From Myxococcota bacterium (GTDB lineage: Bacteria; UBA10199; JADFYH01): a DNA stretch of 64,000 bases. Below, in pieces: positions 8,458-18,064 of the stretch. Below the pieces are notes generated by a model. It saw only the letters and a list, made by a program, of their open reading frames with translations. It had not been told where the DNA came from and searched no databases. Each line of letters opens with the position of its first letter. The stretch's first letter is position 1. Where the stretch lies: assembly GCA_052034865.1 (NCBI GenBank), contig JBPOIC010000039.1:5195-69194 (forward strand), read 5' to 3'. The position numbers and the translations under genes are program-made.

Positions 8458-9441
8458 ATGAACATCTTCCTCACAGGTGCTTCTGGGTTTTTAGGCTTTC
8501 ATGTCGCCAGGCTTTTGGTGGAGCGGGGCCATCGCGTGATTGCCCTTGTTCGTCCGACCAGCCAGCGAAAGGAACTTAAGAAACTTCCCATTCAATGGAT
8601 CAAGGGAAGCCTGTCTGACCTTCGAGCCCTAAGACAAAGCCCAGAGCCTTTGGAGGCCGTGATTCATATCGCAGGGATTGTGAAGGCCTTGTCTAAAGAA
8701 GCCTTCTTTAAAACCAATGCACAGGGGACAGAGAATCTCGTTCAGGAAATTCTCTCTCGTCCCACTCTTCCTAAAGTTTTCATACAGATTTCAACCCTTG
8801 CGGTTCATAGTCCTACCCGCGATGGTCCTGATTTTTGTCTTCCTGCAGATCAATGCCACCCCGTCAGTCATTATGGCGAAAGCAAATTGGCTGGAGAGAA
8901 GAGCCTGGGTTTACTTAAAGAAAAAGTTCGTAGTGTTATTTTGAGACCTCCTGTGATTTATGGCCCCCAGGATAGGGAAGTCCTGCTCCTTTTTAAGGCA
9001 GCGCAAAAAGGTTTTCTGCCGCTTTACCGACGCGGGCAAAGCCAGTTTTCCATGTGTTACGTCACCGATGTTGCCCAGGCGATTATAACCCTTTTGGAAA
9101 ATCCTCCTCAGAAAGATGAAATATTTTGTCTGGATGATGGTGTCGTGCACACCTGGAAGAGTGTTGCTCAGGTCATTGCAAAGGCGATGAAGCGAAATCC
9201 GTTGCTACTTTCCATTCCACATTCCCTTTACTCCCTCGCGGCCCTGTGCTCGCAGGGCTATGCTCAGCTAAGACGTCAGCCGGTGGTTTTTACCGTCAAC
9301 AAGATGGAAGAAATTTCACAGCCCAGCTGGGTGTGTGGATATCAAAAATTGAATGAAAAAACAGGCTGGCGGCCTCAAGTGGATTTAAAACGGGGAATTG
9401 ATTCGACCTTGAGGTTTTATCGGGAGATGAAGTGGCTTTAA
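8458..9441 (+). CDS. NAD-dependent epimerase/dehydratase (extended SDR) family protein, candidate ceramide reductase CerR-like
   Basis: MNIFLTGASGFLGFHVARLLVERGHRVIALVRP is a Rossmann GxxGxxG. YGESK matches the SDR YxxxK region. Start set at ATG 8458 (ORF opens 8428). Confidence 0.65.
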   Translation: MNIFLTGASGFLGFHVARLLVERGHRVIALVRPTSQRKELKKLPIQWIKGSLSDLRALRQSPEPLEAVIHIAGIVKALSKEAFFKTNAQGTENLVQEILSRPTLPKVFIQISTLAVHSPTRDGPDFCLPADQCHPVSHYGESKLAGEKSLGLLKEKVRSVILRPPVIYGPQDREVLLLFKAAQKGFLPLYRRGQSQFSMCYVTDVAQAIITLLENPPQKDEIFCLDDGVVHTWKSVAQVIAKAMKRNPLLLSIPHSLYSLAALCSQGYAQLRRQPVVFTVNKMEEISQPSWVCGYQKLNEKTGWRPQVDLKRGIDSTLRFYREMKWL

Positions 9442-9639
9442 TGGGACTTTCTCACTGGGCGATCTGCTTCGTTAAAATTTCTTCAGAAAATCCTCACGTA
9501 CATCCCTGTACTCTCTGGTTTTCTTCAGGAATTTCGCCTTGCATTTCATCCCATTGAGAAAATCCTATTTAAATTTATTCCAGGATTTTCCTCATTTTAG
9601 AAAGAGGATGATTTCACCCTTCTTGACCGTCCTTTTTGA

Positions 9640-10917
9640 TTGAACTACTCGTCTCTTATGCAAACCCATCAATCCATTATCCTGGAAATCGCCCAAAAGG
9701 CCCGTGCCAGTGCGCGCTTTGGGGCCAATCTCAGCACTTCACAGAAAAATAAAATCCTGCATCAAATGGCCGAGGCCTTGATGGCCCAGTCCGAAAGGGT
9801 CCGGCTGGAGAATCAGAAAGATCTTCAGAATGCGCAGGAAAAAAATCTTTCTTCCGCCATGATCGACCGTCTGACACTTACTCCCAAACGGATTGCCGAG
9901 ATGGCCAAGGGGTTGACTGAAGTTGCCGCACTTCCCGATCCAGTCGGTGAAATCACCAAAGGATGGGTTCGGCCCAATGGGCTTCGTATCGAAAAGGTGC
10001 GCATTCCTTTGGGAGTGATCGGCATCATCTATGAATCCCGACCGAATGTGACGGTCGATGCTGCCGGTTTGTGTTTGAAGTCCGGAAATGCCGTGGTGCT
10101 TCGGGGAGGCTCGGAGGCGATTCATTCCAATCGGATTTTGGGTGAGATTCTGCGCGAGGTGCTTAAGGAAAATGGAATCCATGAAGATCTCATTCAGGTG
10201 GTTCCGGTGACCGATCGTGACGCCGTTCAATTCCTGCTTTCCCAGGATCGATACATCGACTTGATCATTCCGCGTGGAGGAGAAGGTCTCATGAAGATGG
10301 TGCGTGAGTTTTCGAAGATTCCCGTCGTGCGCCACGATAAAGGGGTGTGTCACATCTTTGTCGATTACAATGCCGATCTTGAGAAGGCCGAAAAAATTTG
10401 TATCAACTCCAAGGTCCAGCGACCTGGAGTTTGCAATGCTCTCGAAACCTTACTCGTCGATGAAAAAATTGCTCCTGATTTTTTACCGCGAATGATTGCC
10501 GAATATCAGCGATTGGGAGTTGAAATTCGCGGCTGTGAAAAAACCCGTCAGATCGTATCCAATATCCAGACTGCCATCGAAGAAGACTGGTCGGCAGAAT
10601 ATCTCGATTTAATCCTTGCCGTGCGCGTAGTGAGAAACCTTGATGAAGCGATTGAGCACATCGAAAAATACAGCTCGCTCCATACCGAATCGATCCTGAC
10701 CAATGATGAAGCCCATGCCGAGCGCTTTTTGCGTGAACTGAATTCTTCTGTTGTTCTGGTCAATGCATCCACCCGTTTCAACGATGGGGGGCAGTTAGGC
10801 CTGGGAGCCGAAATCGGAATTTCCACAACCAAGCTTCATGCCTTTGGACCGATGGGGCTTGAAGAACTCACCGCTCAAAAATATGTGGTACGGGGAGAAG
10901 GTCAGGTGAGAGAGTGA
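9640..10917 (+). CDS. proA: Glutamate-5-semialdehyde dehydrogenase (gamma-glutamyl phosphate reductase)
   Basis: 425 aa. Strong ProA-like aldehyde dehydrogenase pattern throughout (ESRPNVTVDAAGLCLKSGNAVVLRGGSEA ... CNALETLLV). Confidence 0.9.
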   Translation: MNYSSLMQTHQSIILEIAQKARASARFGANLSTSQKNKILHQMAEALMAQSERVRLENQKDLQNAQEKNLSSAMIDRLTLTPKRIAEMAKGLTEVAALPDPVGEITKGWVRPNGLRIEKVRIPLGVIGIIYESRPNVTVDAAGLCLKSGNAVVLRGGSEAIHSNRILGEILREVLKENGIHEDLIQVVPVTDRDAVQFLLSQDRYIDLIIPRGGEGLMKMVREFSKIPVVRHDKGVCHIFVDYNADLEKAEKICINSKVQRPGVCNALETLLVDEKIAPDFLPRMIAEYQRLGVEIRGCEKTRQIVSNIQTAIEEDWSAEYLDLILAVRVVRNLDEAIEHIEKYSSLHTESILTNDEAHAERFLRELNSSVVLVNASTRFNDGGQLGLGAEIGISTTKLHAFGPMGLEELTAQKYVVRGEGQVRE

Positions 10918-11032
10918 ACGGGAGTACAAAACTGAAGATTGATTGAAGAAAAAGTAACCTCGAAAAAAAAATCATTTTTAAAATTCAAACTCATGAATTG
11001 ACGGGCTGACCCTGTCTCGATACGGAAAACAA

Positions 11033-11461
11033 ATGACTTCCAAAGACCTCGCTAAAAAAATCGCCACGATCGCCAGCGAAATGAAGGCCGATCAAATCAA
11101 AATTCTCGATCTTCAAAAACTCTCCAGCTTTACAGACTTTTTCGTGATCTGTTCGGGTACTTCCGATCGCCAGCTCCAGGCCATTGCCGACAAAGTTGTT
11201 TTGGAGCTTAAAAAAGAAGAGATTCGTCCTTACTCCACCGAGGGGTATGAACAGGGACAATGGGTACTTGTGGATTATCCAGGTGTTGTTCTTCATATTT
11301 TTACCGAAGAGGCCCGAGCACATTATGATCTGGAAGGATTTTGGGAAAAAGCTCCGCGACCGCGGGTGAGCCTTTCCCGTCCCAAAAAACTTAAAAATCT
11401 GAAACCTCTAAAAAAAACTACGAAAACTCCGGCTCGAAAACGAACAACGACGGCCAAATAA
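11033..11461 (+). CDS. rsfS: Ribosome silencing factor RsfS (Iojap family) with Lys-rich C-terminal tail
   Basis: LSSFTDFFVICSGTSDRQLQAIADKV...VLVDYPGVVLHIF is the RsfS signature. Extra C-terminal RPKKLKNLKPLKKTTKTPARKRTT basic tail. Confidence 0.85.
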   Translation: MTSKDLAKKIATIASEMKADQIKILDLQKLSSFTDFFVICSGTSDRQLQAIADKVVLELKKEEIRPYSTEGYEQGQWVLVDYPGVVLHIFTEEARAHYDLEGFWEKAPRPRVSLSRPKKLKNLKPLKKTTKTPARKRTTTAK

Positions 11462-11526
11462 GCGAAATCCGACATAATCCCATCTTTGATTTGTCTCTTC
11501 TTTAAGTTCCCTCAGGCAACCCTTCC

Positions 11527-12009
11527 ATGAAACTCAAACTCATATCGGTTGGACATTTGAAAGATCCTTTGCTGCGTGAGGGGGTAGAGAATTATCTCAA
11601 ACGGATCAAACCCTTTGTGCCGATCAAGGTCGAAGAAGTTCGTGAGTTTCCTTTTCGAAAAGGGATGAGTCTGAAGGTGGTGCTCGATCAGGAAGCAGAA
11701 GCGATTGATGAACGGATCGGCGCAGGCGCCTATTACGTCGTTCTTGATGAGCGTGGAAAACAGAAATCGACCGAAGAATTCAAGGAGCTTTTTGTTCGCT
11801 GGGAAAATGAAGGACGCAAGGAAGTAAATTTCATCATCGGGGGAGCGTATGGCCTTTCGGAATCCCTCATTCGTGGAGCTTACGAGCGCCTTGCCCTTTC
11901 CAAAATGACCTTTACCCACGAAATGGCCCGCCTCATTTTTCTGGAGCAGGTTTACCGTGCCTATACGATTCTGCGCGGAATTCCCTATCATCATGGAAAT
12001 CAGAGTTGA
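11527..12009 (+). CDS. rlmH: 23S rRNA (pseudouridine1915-N3)-methyltransferase RlmH (SPOUT)
   Basis: 160 aa, MKLKLISVGHLKDP... and FIIGGAYGLSE C-terminal SPOUT knot motif. Confidence 0.9.
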   Translation: MKLKLISVGHLKDPLLREGVENYLKRIKPFVPIKVEEVREFPFRKGMSLKVVLDQEAEAIDERIGAGAYYVVLDERGKQKSTEEFKELFVRWENEGRKEVNFIIGGAYGLSESLIRGAYERLALSKMTFTHEMARLIFLEQVYRAYTILRGIPYHHGNQS

Positions 12010-12069
12010 GATGGTTTTTTCCAGAACTTTAATCTTTTCAACTTTCCTGTGAGTCGATAAAGGAATTGC

Positions 12070-13611
12070 ATGCCCCCAACACTCCTAATCGTTCTCGATG
12101 GATGGGGTGAGCGTTCTCAGCAAGAAGATAATGCAATCGCCCTTGCCAAACTTCCTCACTACCATTCCTTTCTTCAACAATATCCTCATACCCTCATCGA
12201 TGCTTCAGGTGCTGCAGTCGGACTCCCCCCGGGTTTGATGGGAAACTCCGAAGTTGGCCATCTCACGCTCGGCGCGGGTCGCGTCGTCCTGTTGGGTTTA
12301 ACCCGCATTTACCAGGCGATTGAAGACGGCAGCTTTTTTAACAATTCAGTGTTGTCAGAAGCGATGGATCAGACGCCGAAGAATGCCTCAGCGCTTCATT
12401 TGATGGGTTTGGTCTCGGACGGAGCCGTTCACAGTCACCAGGATCATATATATGCGCTTTTAGAAATGGCCCGCCGTAAAAATCTCAAACAGGTCTTCCT
12501 CCACGTTTTTACCGATGGACGTGATACGCCTCCACAATCCGCTCTCGGATACATCGACGCCCTCGAGAAAAAAATCAGAGAGATTGGTGTTGGAGAAATT
12601 GCCACTGTGAGCGGTCGCTACTACGCGATGGATCGAGATCAGCGCTGGGAGCGCACGCAGCTTGCCTACCAGGCGTTGGTAAACGGAATAGGTGAAAAAG
12701 CCTCAAGTGCGATGGACGCAATTGAGAAGGCGTATCGGCGCCAGGAAAACGATGAATTTATTCGCCCAACAGTTCTGACTCATCCTTCCGGTCAACCGAT
12801 AGCAACGATAAGAAATCACGATGCCGTGATCTTCTTTAACTTTCGTGCCGATCGGGCCCGACAGATCAGTCGTGCCCTGACGCAACCTAATTTTACAGGT
12901 TTTGAAAGGTCTTCTTTTCCAAAACTTTCCTGCTTTGCCTGTTTTTCAGAATACGAAAAGAGTCTCAACCTTCCGGTTGCTTTTCCAAAAATCGATATCC
13001 ACGAAACCTTTCCCGAGATCTTGAGTGCACAGGGTCTGCGTCAGCTCCGCATTGCCGAGACTGAAAAATATGCGCATGTGACTTATTTTTTTAGTGGGGG
13101 TCGTGAAGAGGTTTTTGAAGGGGAAGATCGCGTGCTCATTCCATCTCCCAAAGAAGTTGCGACTTACGATCAGAAACCGGAGATGAGTGCTTACAAAACC
13201 ACCGAAGAATTGATGGTTCGTTTAAAATCCGGAGAATACGATTTTGTGATCTGTAACTTTGCCAATCCGGATATGGTTGGGCATACGGGCATGCTTCATC
13301 CCGCCATTCATGCAGTGGAAGCGGTGGATGCCTGTCTTGGAAAAATCGTTGAGAGTGTCCTTCATCTTCAGGGAGAAGTTGTGATTACCGCCGATCATGG
13401 AAACTGTGAAACCATGAAAGATTCTTTTGGAGTGCCTCATACGGCACATACGACAAATTGGGTTCCGTTTTTACTGATTGGACAAAGATGGAAAAAGGCT
13501 TCTTTGAGGTCGGATGGCAAGCTGACCGATGTCGCTCCCACTCTGCTTCAAATGATGGGTCTTACTTCTTCCTCACAGATGAGCGGAAAAAGTCTCATTC
13601 ATGCAGGATAA
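12070..13611 (+). CDS. gpmI: 2,3-bisphosphoglycerate-independent phosphoglycerate mutase
   Basis: 513 aa. LLIVLDGWGE, GNSEVGHLTLGAGRVV and ADHGNCE are iPGM hallmarks. Confidence 0.9.
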   Translation: MPPTLLIVLDGWGERSQQEDNAIALAKLPHYHSFLQQYPHTLIDASGAAVGLPPGLMGNSEVGHLTLGAGRVVLLGLTRIYQAIEDGSFFNNSVLSEAMDQTPKNASALHLMGLVSDGAVHSHQDHIYALLEMARRKNLKQVFLHVFTDGRDTPPQSALGYIDALEKKIREIGVGEIATVSGRYYAMDRDQRWERTQLAYQALVNGIGEKASSAMDAIEKAYRRQENDEFIRPTVLTHPSGQPIATIRNHDAVIFFNFRADRARQISRALTQPNFTGFERSSFPKLSCFACFSEYEKSLNLPVAFPKIDIHETFPEILSAQGLRQLRIAETEKYAHVTYFFSGGREEVFEGEDRVLIPSPKEVATYDQKPEMSAYKTTEELMVRLKSGEYDFVICNFANPDMVGHTGMLHPAIHAVEAVDACLGKIVESVLHLQGEVVITADHGNCETMKDSFGVPHTAHTTNWVPFLLIGQRWKKASLRSDGKLTDVAPTLLQMMGLTSSSQMSGKSLIHAG

Positions 13612-13726
13612 TCTTTTACAGGGATGCTTTTTTGTTTTACTCCCAATATCGACTGAATATAATCGCCTTCGTCTTTAAGATATTCATTCCTTTCAACCCT
13701 ATCACTTTCCTATAAGGAGATCTCCT

Positions 13727-13930
13727 ATGGCAGCTAAGAAAAAGGCACCCAAAACCCGCGAAGTATTAGTGGTGGCAAGCAAGGTGAAGGACTTCATCAA
13801 ATCCAAAGGTTGCATGACCTCGGGAGATACAATTCCTGCTCTTTCTGAGAAAGTTTATGCCCTGATTGAGGAAGCCATTACTCGCACCAAAGAGAACAGG
13901 CGCTCAACCGTCAAGCCGCAGGATCTTTAA
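13727..13930 (+). CDS. Small basic histone-fold protein (DUF1931/HBb-like bacterial histone candidate)
   Basis: 67 aa, MAAKKKAPKTRE tail, then LVVASKVKDFIKSKG (alpha1), CMTSGD (L1), TIPALSEKVYALIEEAITRTKEN (alpha2), RRSTVKPQDL (histone L2/alpha3 motif, cf. GRKTIKAEDI). Strong RBS aaggaga at 13714-13720. Confidence 0.55.
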   Translation: MAAKKKAPKTREVLVVASKVKDFIKSKGCMTSGDTIPALSEKVYALIEEAITRTKENRRSTVKPQDL

Positions 13931-13938
13931 ATCGATCA

Positions 13939-14018
13939 CAACCCCCATCTCATCCGTCCACGTCATCTCTAATCAAAATCAGAGGTTGACGGGTTGGGTG
14001 GATGGGGGTTTTTCTTTT
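13939..14018 (+). terminator. Putative Rho-independent terminator after histone-fold gene
   Basis: Imperfect long hairpin acccccatctcatccgtccacg ... cgggttgggtggatgggggt followed by tttttctttt. Confidence 0.4.
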
Positions 14019-14076
14019 CCGTTCGAGACTGGATTCAATAAGATAATCAGGATATCGATAAATAAGGAGCAGGATC

Positions 14077-15366
14077 ATGACTAAAGAAGCACTTACTATT
14101 ACCGATCATCGTACTGGTAAAAATTATGAAATTCCCATTCAGGATGGGACCATCAAGGCTATGGATTTGCGCCAGATCAAAACCTCAGACGATGATTTTG
14201 GGTTAATGACTTATGACCCTGCCTTTACCAATACCGCATCCTGCAGAAGTCGAATCACCTACATCGATGGGGATAAAGGAATTTTGGAATATCGTGGAAT
14301 TCCCATTGAGCAACTGGCTGAGAAAAGCACTTACCTGGAAACAGCCTATCTTCTCATCCACGGCTCTCTTCCAACCCAGACCCAGCTTCCCGAATGGATC
14401 AACCGGATCACCCATCACACTTACGTTCACGAAAATATCAAAAAGTTTATAGATGGATTTCATTACGATGCCCATCCAATGGGTATGTTGGTCAGTGCCG
14501 TCGCAGCCCTTTCCACCTTTTATCCCGATGCCAAAAAGATTCAGGACGCAGAAGTTCAAAAGATGTCCGTTTATCGTCTGATAGGTAAAATCTCCACCCT
14601 GGCTGCCTTTGCCTATCGTCATAGTTTGGGAATGCCCTATGTGTATCCTGATAATGATCTTTCCTATTCGGGCAATTTTTTGAACATGCTTTTCAGAATG
14701 GCCGAGCCCAAGTATCAGCCCAATCCCGTTCTTGAGCGCGCACTCGATATCCTTTTCATTCTCCATGCCGATCATGAACAGAATTGTAGCACCAATGCGA
14801 TGCGCAGTATCGGCTCTTCTTATGCCGATCCTTACTCTTCCATGGCAGGTGCCATTGCAGCTCTGTATGGTCCTCTGCATGGGGGAGCGAATGAGGCGGT
14901 GCTTCATATGCTTCAGCAAATCGGAAACAAAAGCCGAATTCCGGAGTTTATCTCGAAGGTCAAGGCAGGTGAGGCAAAGCTGATGGGTTTTGGACACAGG
15001 GTCTATAAAAATTACGATCCAAGGGCGAAGATTATCAAACAGACGGCTTATCAGGTGTTTGAGGTTACGGGTCAAAATCCTCTTCTGGAGATCGCGCTAG
15101 AGCTCGAGAAGATTGCTTTGAACGATGAGTATTTTATCAAACGTAAATTGTATCCAAATGTCGATTTCTATTCCGGTCTGATTTATCAGGCGATGGGTTT
15201 CCCGGTTTCTATGTTCCCTGTGCTCTTTGCGATTCCCAGAACTTCGGGATGGATGGCCCAATGGCTGGAGCTTATTCACGACGCCGATCAGAAAATCGCC
15301 CGTCCACGGCAGATTTATCTCGGTGATCGGAACGCAAATTATGTTCCTATAAAAGAAAGAAAATAG
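14077..15366 (+). CDS. gltA: Citrate synthase (type II)
   Basis: 429 aa. MGFGHRVYKNYDPRA and HADHEQNCSTNA catalytic His/Asp regions. Confidence 0.9.
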   Translation: MTKEALTITDHRTGKNYEIPIQDGTIKAMDLRQIKTSDDDFGLMTYDPAFTNTASCRSRITYIDGDKGILEYRGIPIEQLAEKSTYLETAYLLIHGSLPTQTQLPEWINRITHHTYVHENIKKFIDGFHYDAHPMGMLVSAVAALSTFYPDAKKIQDAEVQKMSVYRLIGKISTLAAFAYRHSLGMPYVYPDNDLSYSGNFLNMLFRMAEPKYQPNPVLERALDILFILHADHEQNCSTNAMRSIGSSYADPYSSMAGAIAALYGPLHGGANEAVLHMLQQIGNKSRIPEFISKVKAGEAKLMGFGHRVYKNYDPRAKIIKQTAYQVFEVTGQNPLLEIALELEKIALNDEYFIKRKLYPNVDFYSGLIYQAMGFPVSMFPVLFAIPRTSGWMAQWLELIHDADQKIARPRQIYLGDRNANYVPIKERK

Positions 15367-15529
15367 GGTCCTCAATTAGGCTTTTTTGATCCGGTATTTG
15401 ATCGCAACTTCCTCCCACCTGTCTGATTTTTAATTCTCAGGCTTTGAGATTTGATATTATCTTTTACGATTCAGGATGGATTCCTTCTTTTCAGCAAGGC
15501 CCCAGGCCTTTTCCTTTGGAGAAAAATTT

Positions 15530-16174
15530 ATGAAAATATTTATTGATACAGCTGATGTAGATGAGATTCGCGAGGCCGCTGCGATGGGTCTGCTGGATGG
15601 GGTGACCACCAATCCCAGCCTGGTGGCCAAGACAGGTCGAAAATTTTATGACGTCCTTGAAGAAATCGTCACGATTGTCGATGGACCGATCAGTGCAGAA
15701 ACCATCAGCCGTGATTGGGAAGGCATGCTGAAAGAAGCAGAAGTCCTATCGAAAATTCACAAAAACATCGTCATCAAACTCCCCATGACTGTGGATGGGC
15801 TCAAGGCTCTCAAGTGCTGCGCAGAGAGAAATATTAAAACCAACCTCACACTTGTCTTTAATGCCAATCAAGCGTTGCTGGTGGGAAAGGTCGGAGCGAC
15901 CTATGTCAGCCCGTTTGTCGGTCGTCTGGATGACATCTCCCAGATTGGCATGGATCTCATTGGGCAAATCCGTACGATTTATGACAATTACCAAATGAAA
16001 ACGGAGATCCTGGTTGCATCCATTCGCAATCCCATCCATTTCTTAGAAGCGGCCTTAATTGGTGCGGATGTGGCAACCGTCCCTTTGAGTGTCATTCGCC
16101 AGCTTGCACAGCATCCTTTAACTGATATTGGAATTGAGCGATTTTTAAAAGATTGGGAAAAAGTACCCAAGTAA
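15530..16174 (+). CDS. tal: Transaldolase (short Tal/fructose-6-phosphate aldolase subfamily)
   Basis: [34 protein letters not shown] is canonical. ORF opens at 15476 but conserved start is ATG 15530. Confidence 0.85.
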   Translation: MKIFIDTADVDEIREAAAMGLLDGVTTNPSLVAKTGRKFYDVLEEIVTIVDGPISAETISRDWEGMLKEAEVLSKIHKNIVIKLPMTVDGLKALKCCAERNIKTNLTLVFNANQALLVGKVGATYVSPFVGRLDDISQIGMDLIGQIRTIYDNYQMKTEILVASIRNPIHFLEAALIGADVATVPLSVIRQLAQHPLTDIGIERFLKDWEKVPK

Positions 16175-16354
16175 GTTTCAATAACTTCTTTTCCAGTACG
16201 TTCTATTAATTTCAATTCATGCAACTCTTCATCTTAATCTGATTCGATACAGCACGGATTCTTCTCGTCTTTTGTTATAGTTGCTCCACCCGTTTGATTT
16301 TAAAGACATCCTTTTTGCTTTCTCAGGTCCATTTCGATTTTTCCCTAAATATTC

Positions 16355-18064
16355 ATGAATACACTTCCTCGACATTCCAATCGTTATTTCAACGACTACC
16401 AGGCCACTCTTCAGGCAATTCATGTGGAGCGCTGGATGCAACAGGTGCTCGATCAGATTCATCTTGCTCAAAGTTTGTCCGATTGGGAGCAGGCGATCTA
16501 TCTCTGGAATGAGATCAAATGCCACATCGAGACGCATGCAGCCTCTGTCTCTTTGGCTTTTTATCGAAATACTCAGGATGAAAAGACTCAGGCAGAAGAG
16601 AAAAGATTCAATGAAGAAATTGAGCCCCCTTACAAAACCTTCAATGCCAAAATCCGCGAAAAAATTCTGAGTTCTCCTGTAAGAGCTGCCCTCGAAGAAA
16701 ATTTAGGTCAGCAATATTTTGTCTGGCTTCAGATTCAGCAGGATGCCTTTCATCCTCAAAATGTCGAGACTGAAACGGAAATTCACCTTCTTTTGTCTGA
16801 GTATACCAAGCTCACAGGAAATGCCGAGTTTGAGATCGCTGGCAAAACCTATCCCCTGGCTCATTATAAAAAATTCTCTTCTTCTCCCGATCCGGCCTTA
16901 CGCCGTGAAAGTCTTCAAAAATACAGTCAGTGGTTTTTAAATCACCGTGAAAAGCTCGAAGATATTTTTGAGCAATGTGTTCAGAAAAGATCGCAGATGG
17001 CTCAGGCAATAGGACATTCTTCCTACACTCCGCTGGGCTACCAAAAGATGGGCCGCGTCGATTATGGTCCTGACGAAGTGGCCGAGTTTCGAAAACAGAT
17101 TAAAGAAGCCGTGGTTCCCATTGCCACTCAAATTCGAGCTCAACAGGCAAAAAAAATAGGAACTTCAACTTTGGCGGTTTGGGACGGCGATTTCTTTCCT
17201 CAATGGAAGGTAGATCGCCTGAAAGTTGAGATTTCAGGTCAGGTCGGGGCTGGGCTTCGGGTCTATCAATCTTTATCCTCTGTTTTAGCCGGGCATTTTC
17301 AGAAAATGATCGATTATGATCTGATGGATGTTCCCGCCCGGCATGGAAAAGCACCCGGAGCTTTTTGTACGGAATTTTCGGATGCGCGCATGCCGTTTAT
17401 TTTTCTCAATAGTGTCAATGAAGTTTCAGACATTACCACCCTGCTGCATGAATGCGGTCATGCCTTCCAGGGTTGGGAAAGCCGCACGATTGATCTGCTG
17501 GAATTACGTGGTCCTACCTTAGAGGCTTGCGAGGTCCACTCGATGGGGATGGAGTTTCTGGCCCATCCTTATTACGAGGAGTTTTTGAGCCCTGAGAATG
17601 CGGCCAAATTCCGAAAATACCATCTGGCCGAAAGTTTGTTGCTGCTTCCCTACATTGCTGTGGTCGATGAATTTCAACACCGCATTTATACGGGAGAAGC
17701 AAAAGGACCAGAAGGAAGGGCGAGGGTTTGGGAGGAATTGGAAAAGCAGTATCTTCCAGCTCTCGATTATCAGGATCTTGCCATATGGCGAAAGTACCGC
17801 TGGTTACGCCAGCTGCATATCTTTCATAATCCTTTTTATTATATCGATTACGGTATCGCACTGGTGGGAGCTCTGCAGCTTTGGGTGCGCAGTATTCAGG
17901 ATAAGCAGGCGGCCCTGAGAGATTATCTCCATTTGTGCCAATTGGGAGGGACCTTGCCTCTAAGAGAATTTTTTAAGGCAGGAAATCTGAAACTGCCATT
18001 TGAGAAGGGAGTTTTGGATGAGCTTTTAAAAGCGGTGCTTCAATCCGAACCCATCCTCGATTAA
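16355..18064 (+). CDS. M3-family oligoendopeptidase (PepF-like)
   Basis: 569 aa. HExxH zinc motif LLHECGHAFQG with downstream E ligand region. Size and layout typical of M3B. Confidence 0.75.
   Translation: MNTLPRHSNRYFNDYQATLQAIHVERWMQQVLDQIHLAQSLSDWEQAIYLWNEIKCHIETHAASVSLAFYRNTQDEKTQAEEKRFNEEIEPPYKTFNAKIREKILSSPVRAALEENLGQQYFVWLQIQQDAFHPQNVETETEIHLLLSEYTKLTGNAEFEIAGKTYPLAHYKKFSSSPDPALRRESLQKYSQWFLNHREKLEDIFEQCVQKRSQMAQAIGHSSYTPLGYQKMGRVDYGPDEVAEFRKQIKEAVVPIATQIRAQQAKKIGTSTLAVWDGDFFPQWKVDRLKVEISGQVGAGLRVYQSLSSVLAGHFQKMIDYDLMDVPARHGKAPGAFCTEFSDARMPFIFLNSVNEVSDITTLLHECGHAFQGWESRTIDLLELRGPTLEACEVHSMGMEFLAHPYYEEFLSPENAAKFRKYHLAESLLLLPYIAVVDEFQHRIYTGEAKGPEGRARVWEELEKQYLPALDYQDLAIWRKYRWLRQLHIFHNPFYYIDYGIALVGALQLWVRSIQDKQAALRDYLHLCQLGGTLPLREFFKAGNLKLPFEKGVLDELLKAVLQSEPILD

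Noticed and set aside
9739-10353. 204-aa antisense ORF
   Set aside because: Inside proA on the opposite strand; proA conservation is far stronger.
14203-15075. 290-aa antisense ORF
   Set aside because: Inside citrate synthase gene; composition artefact of a highly expressed gene's complement.
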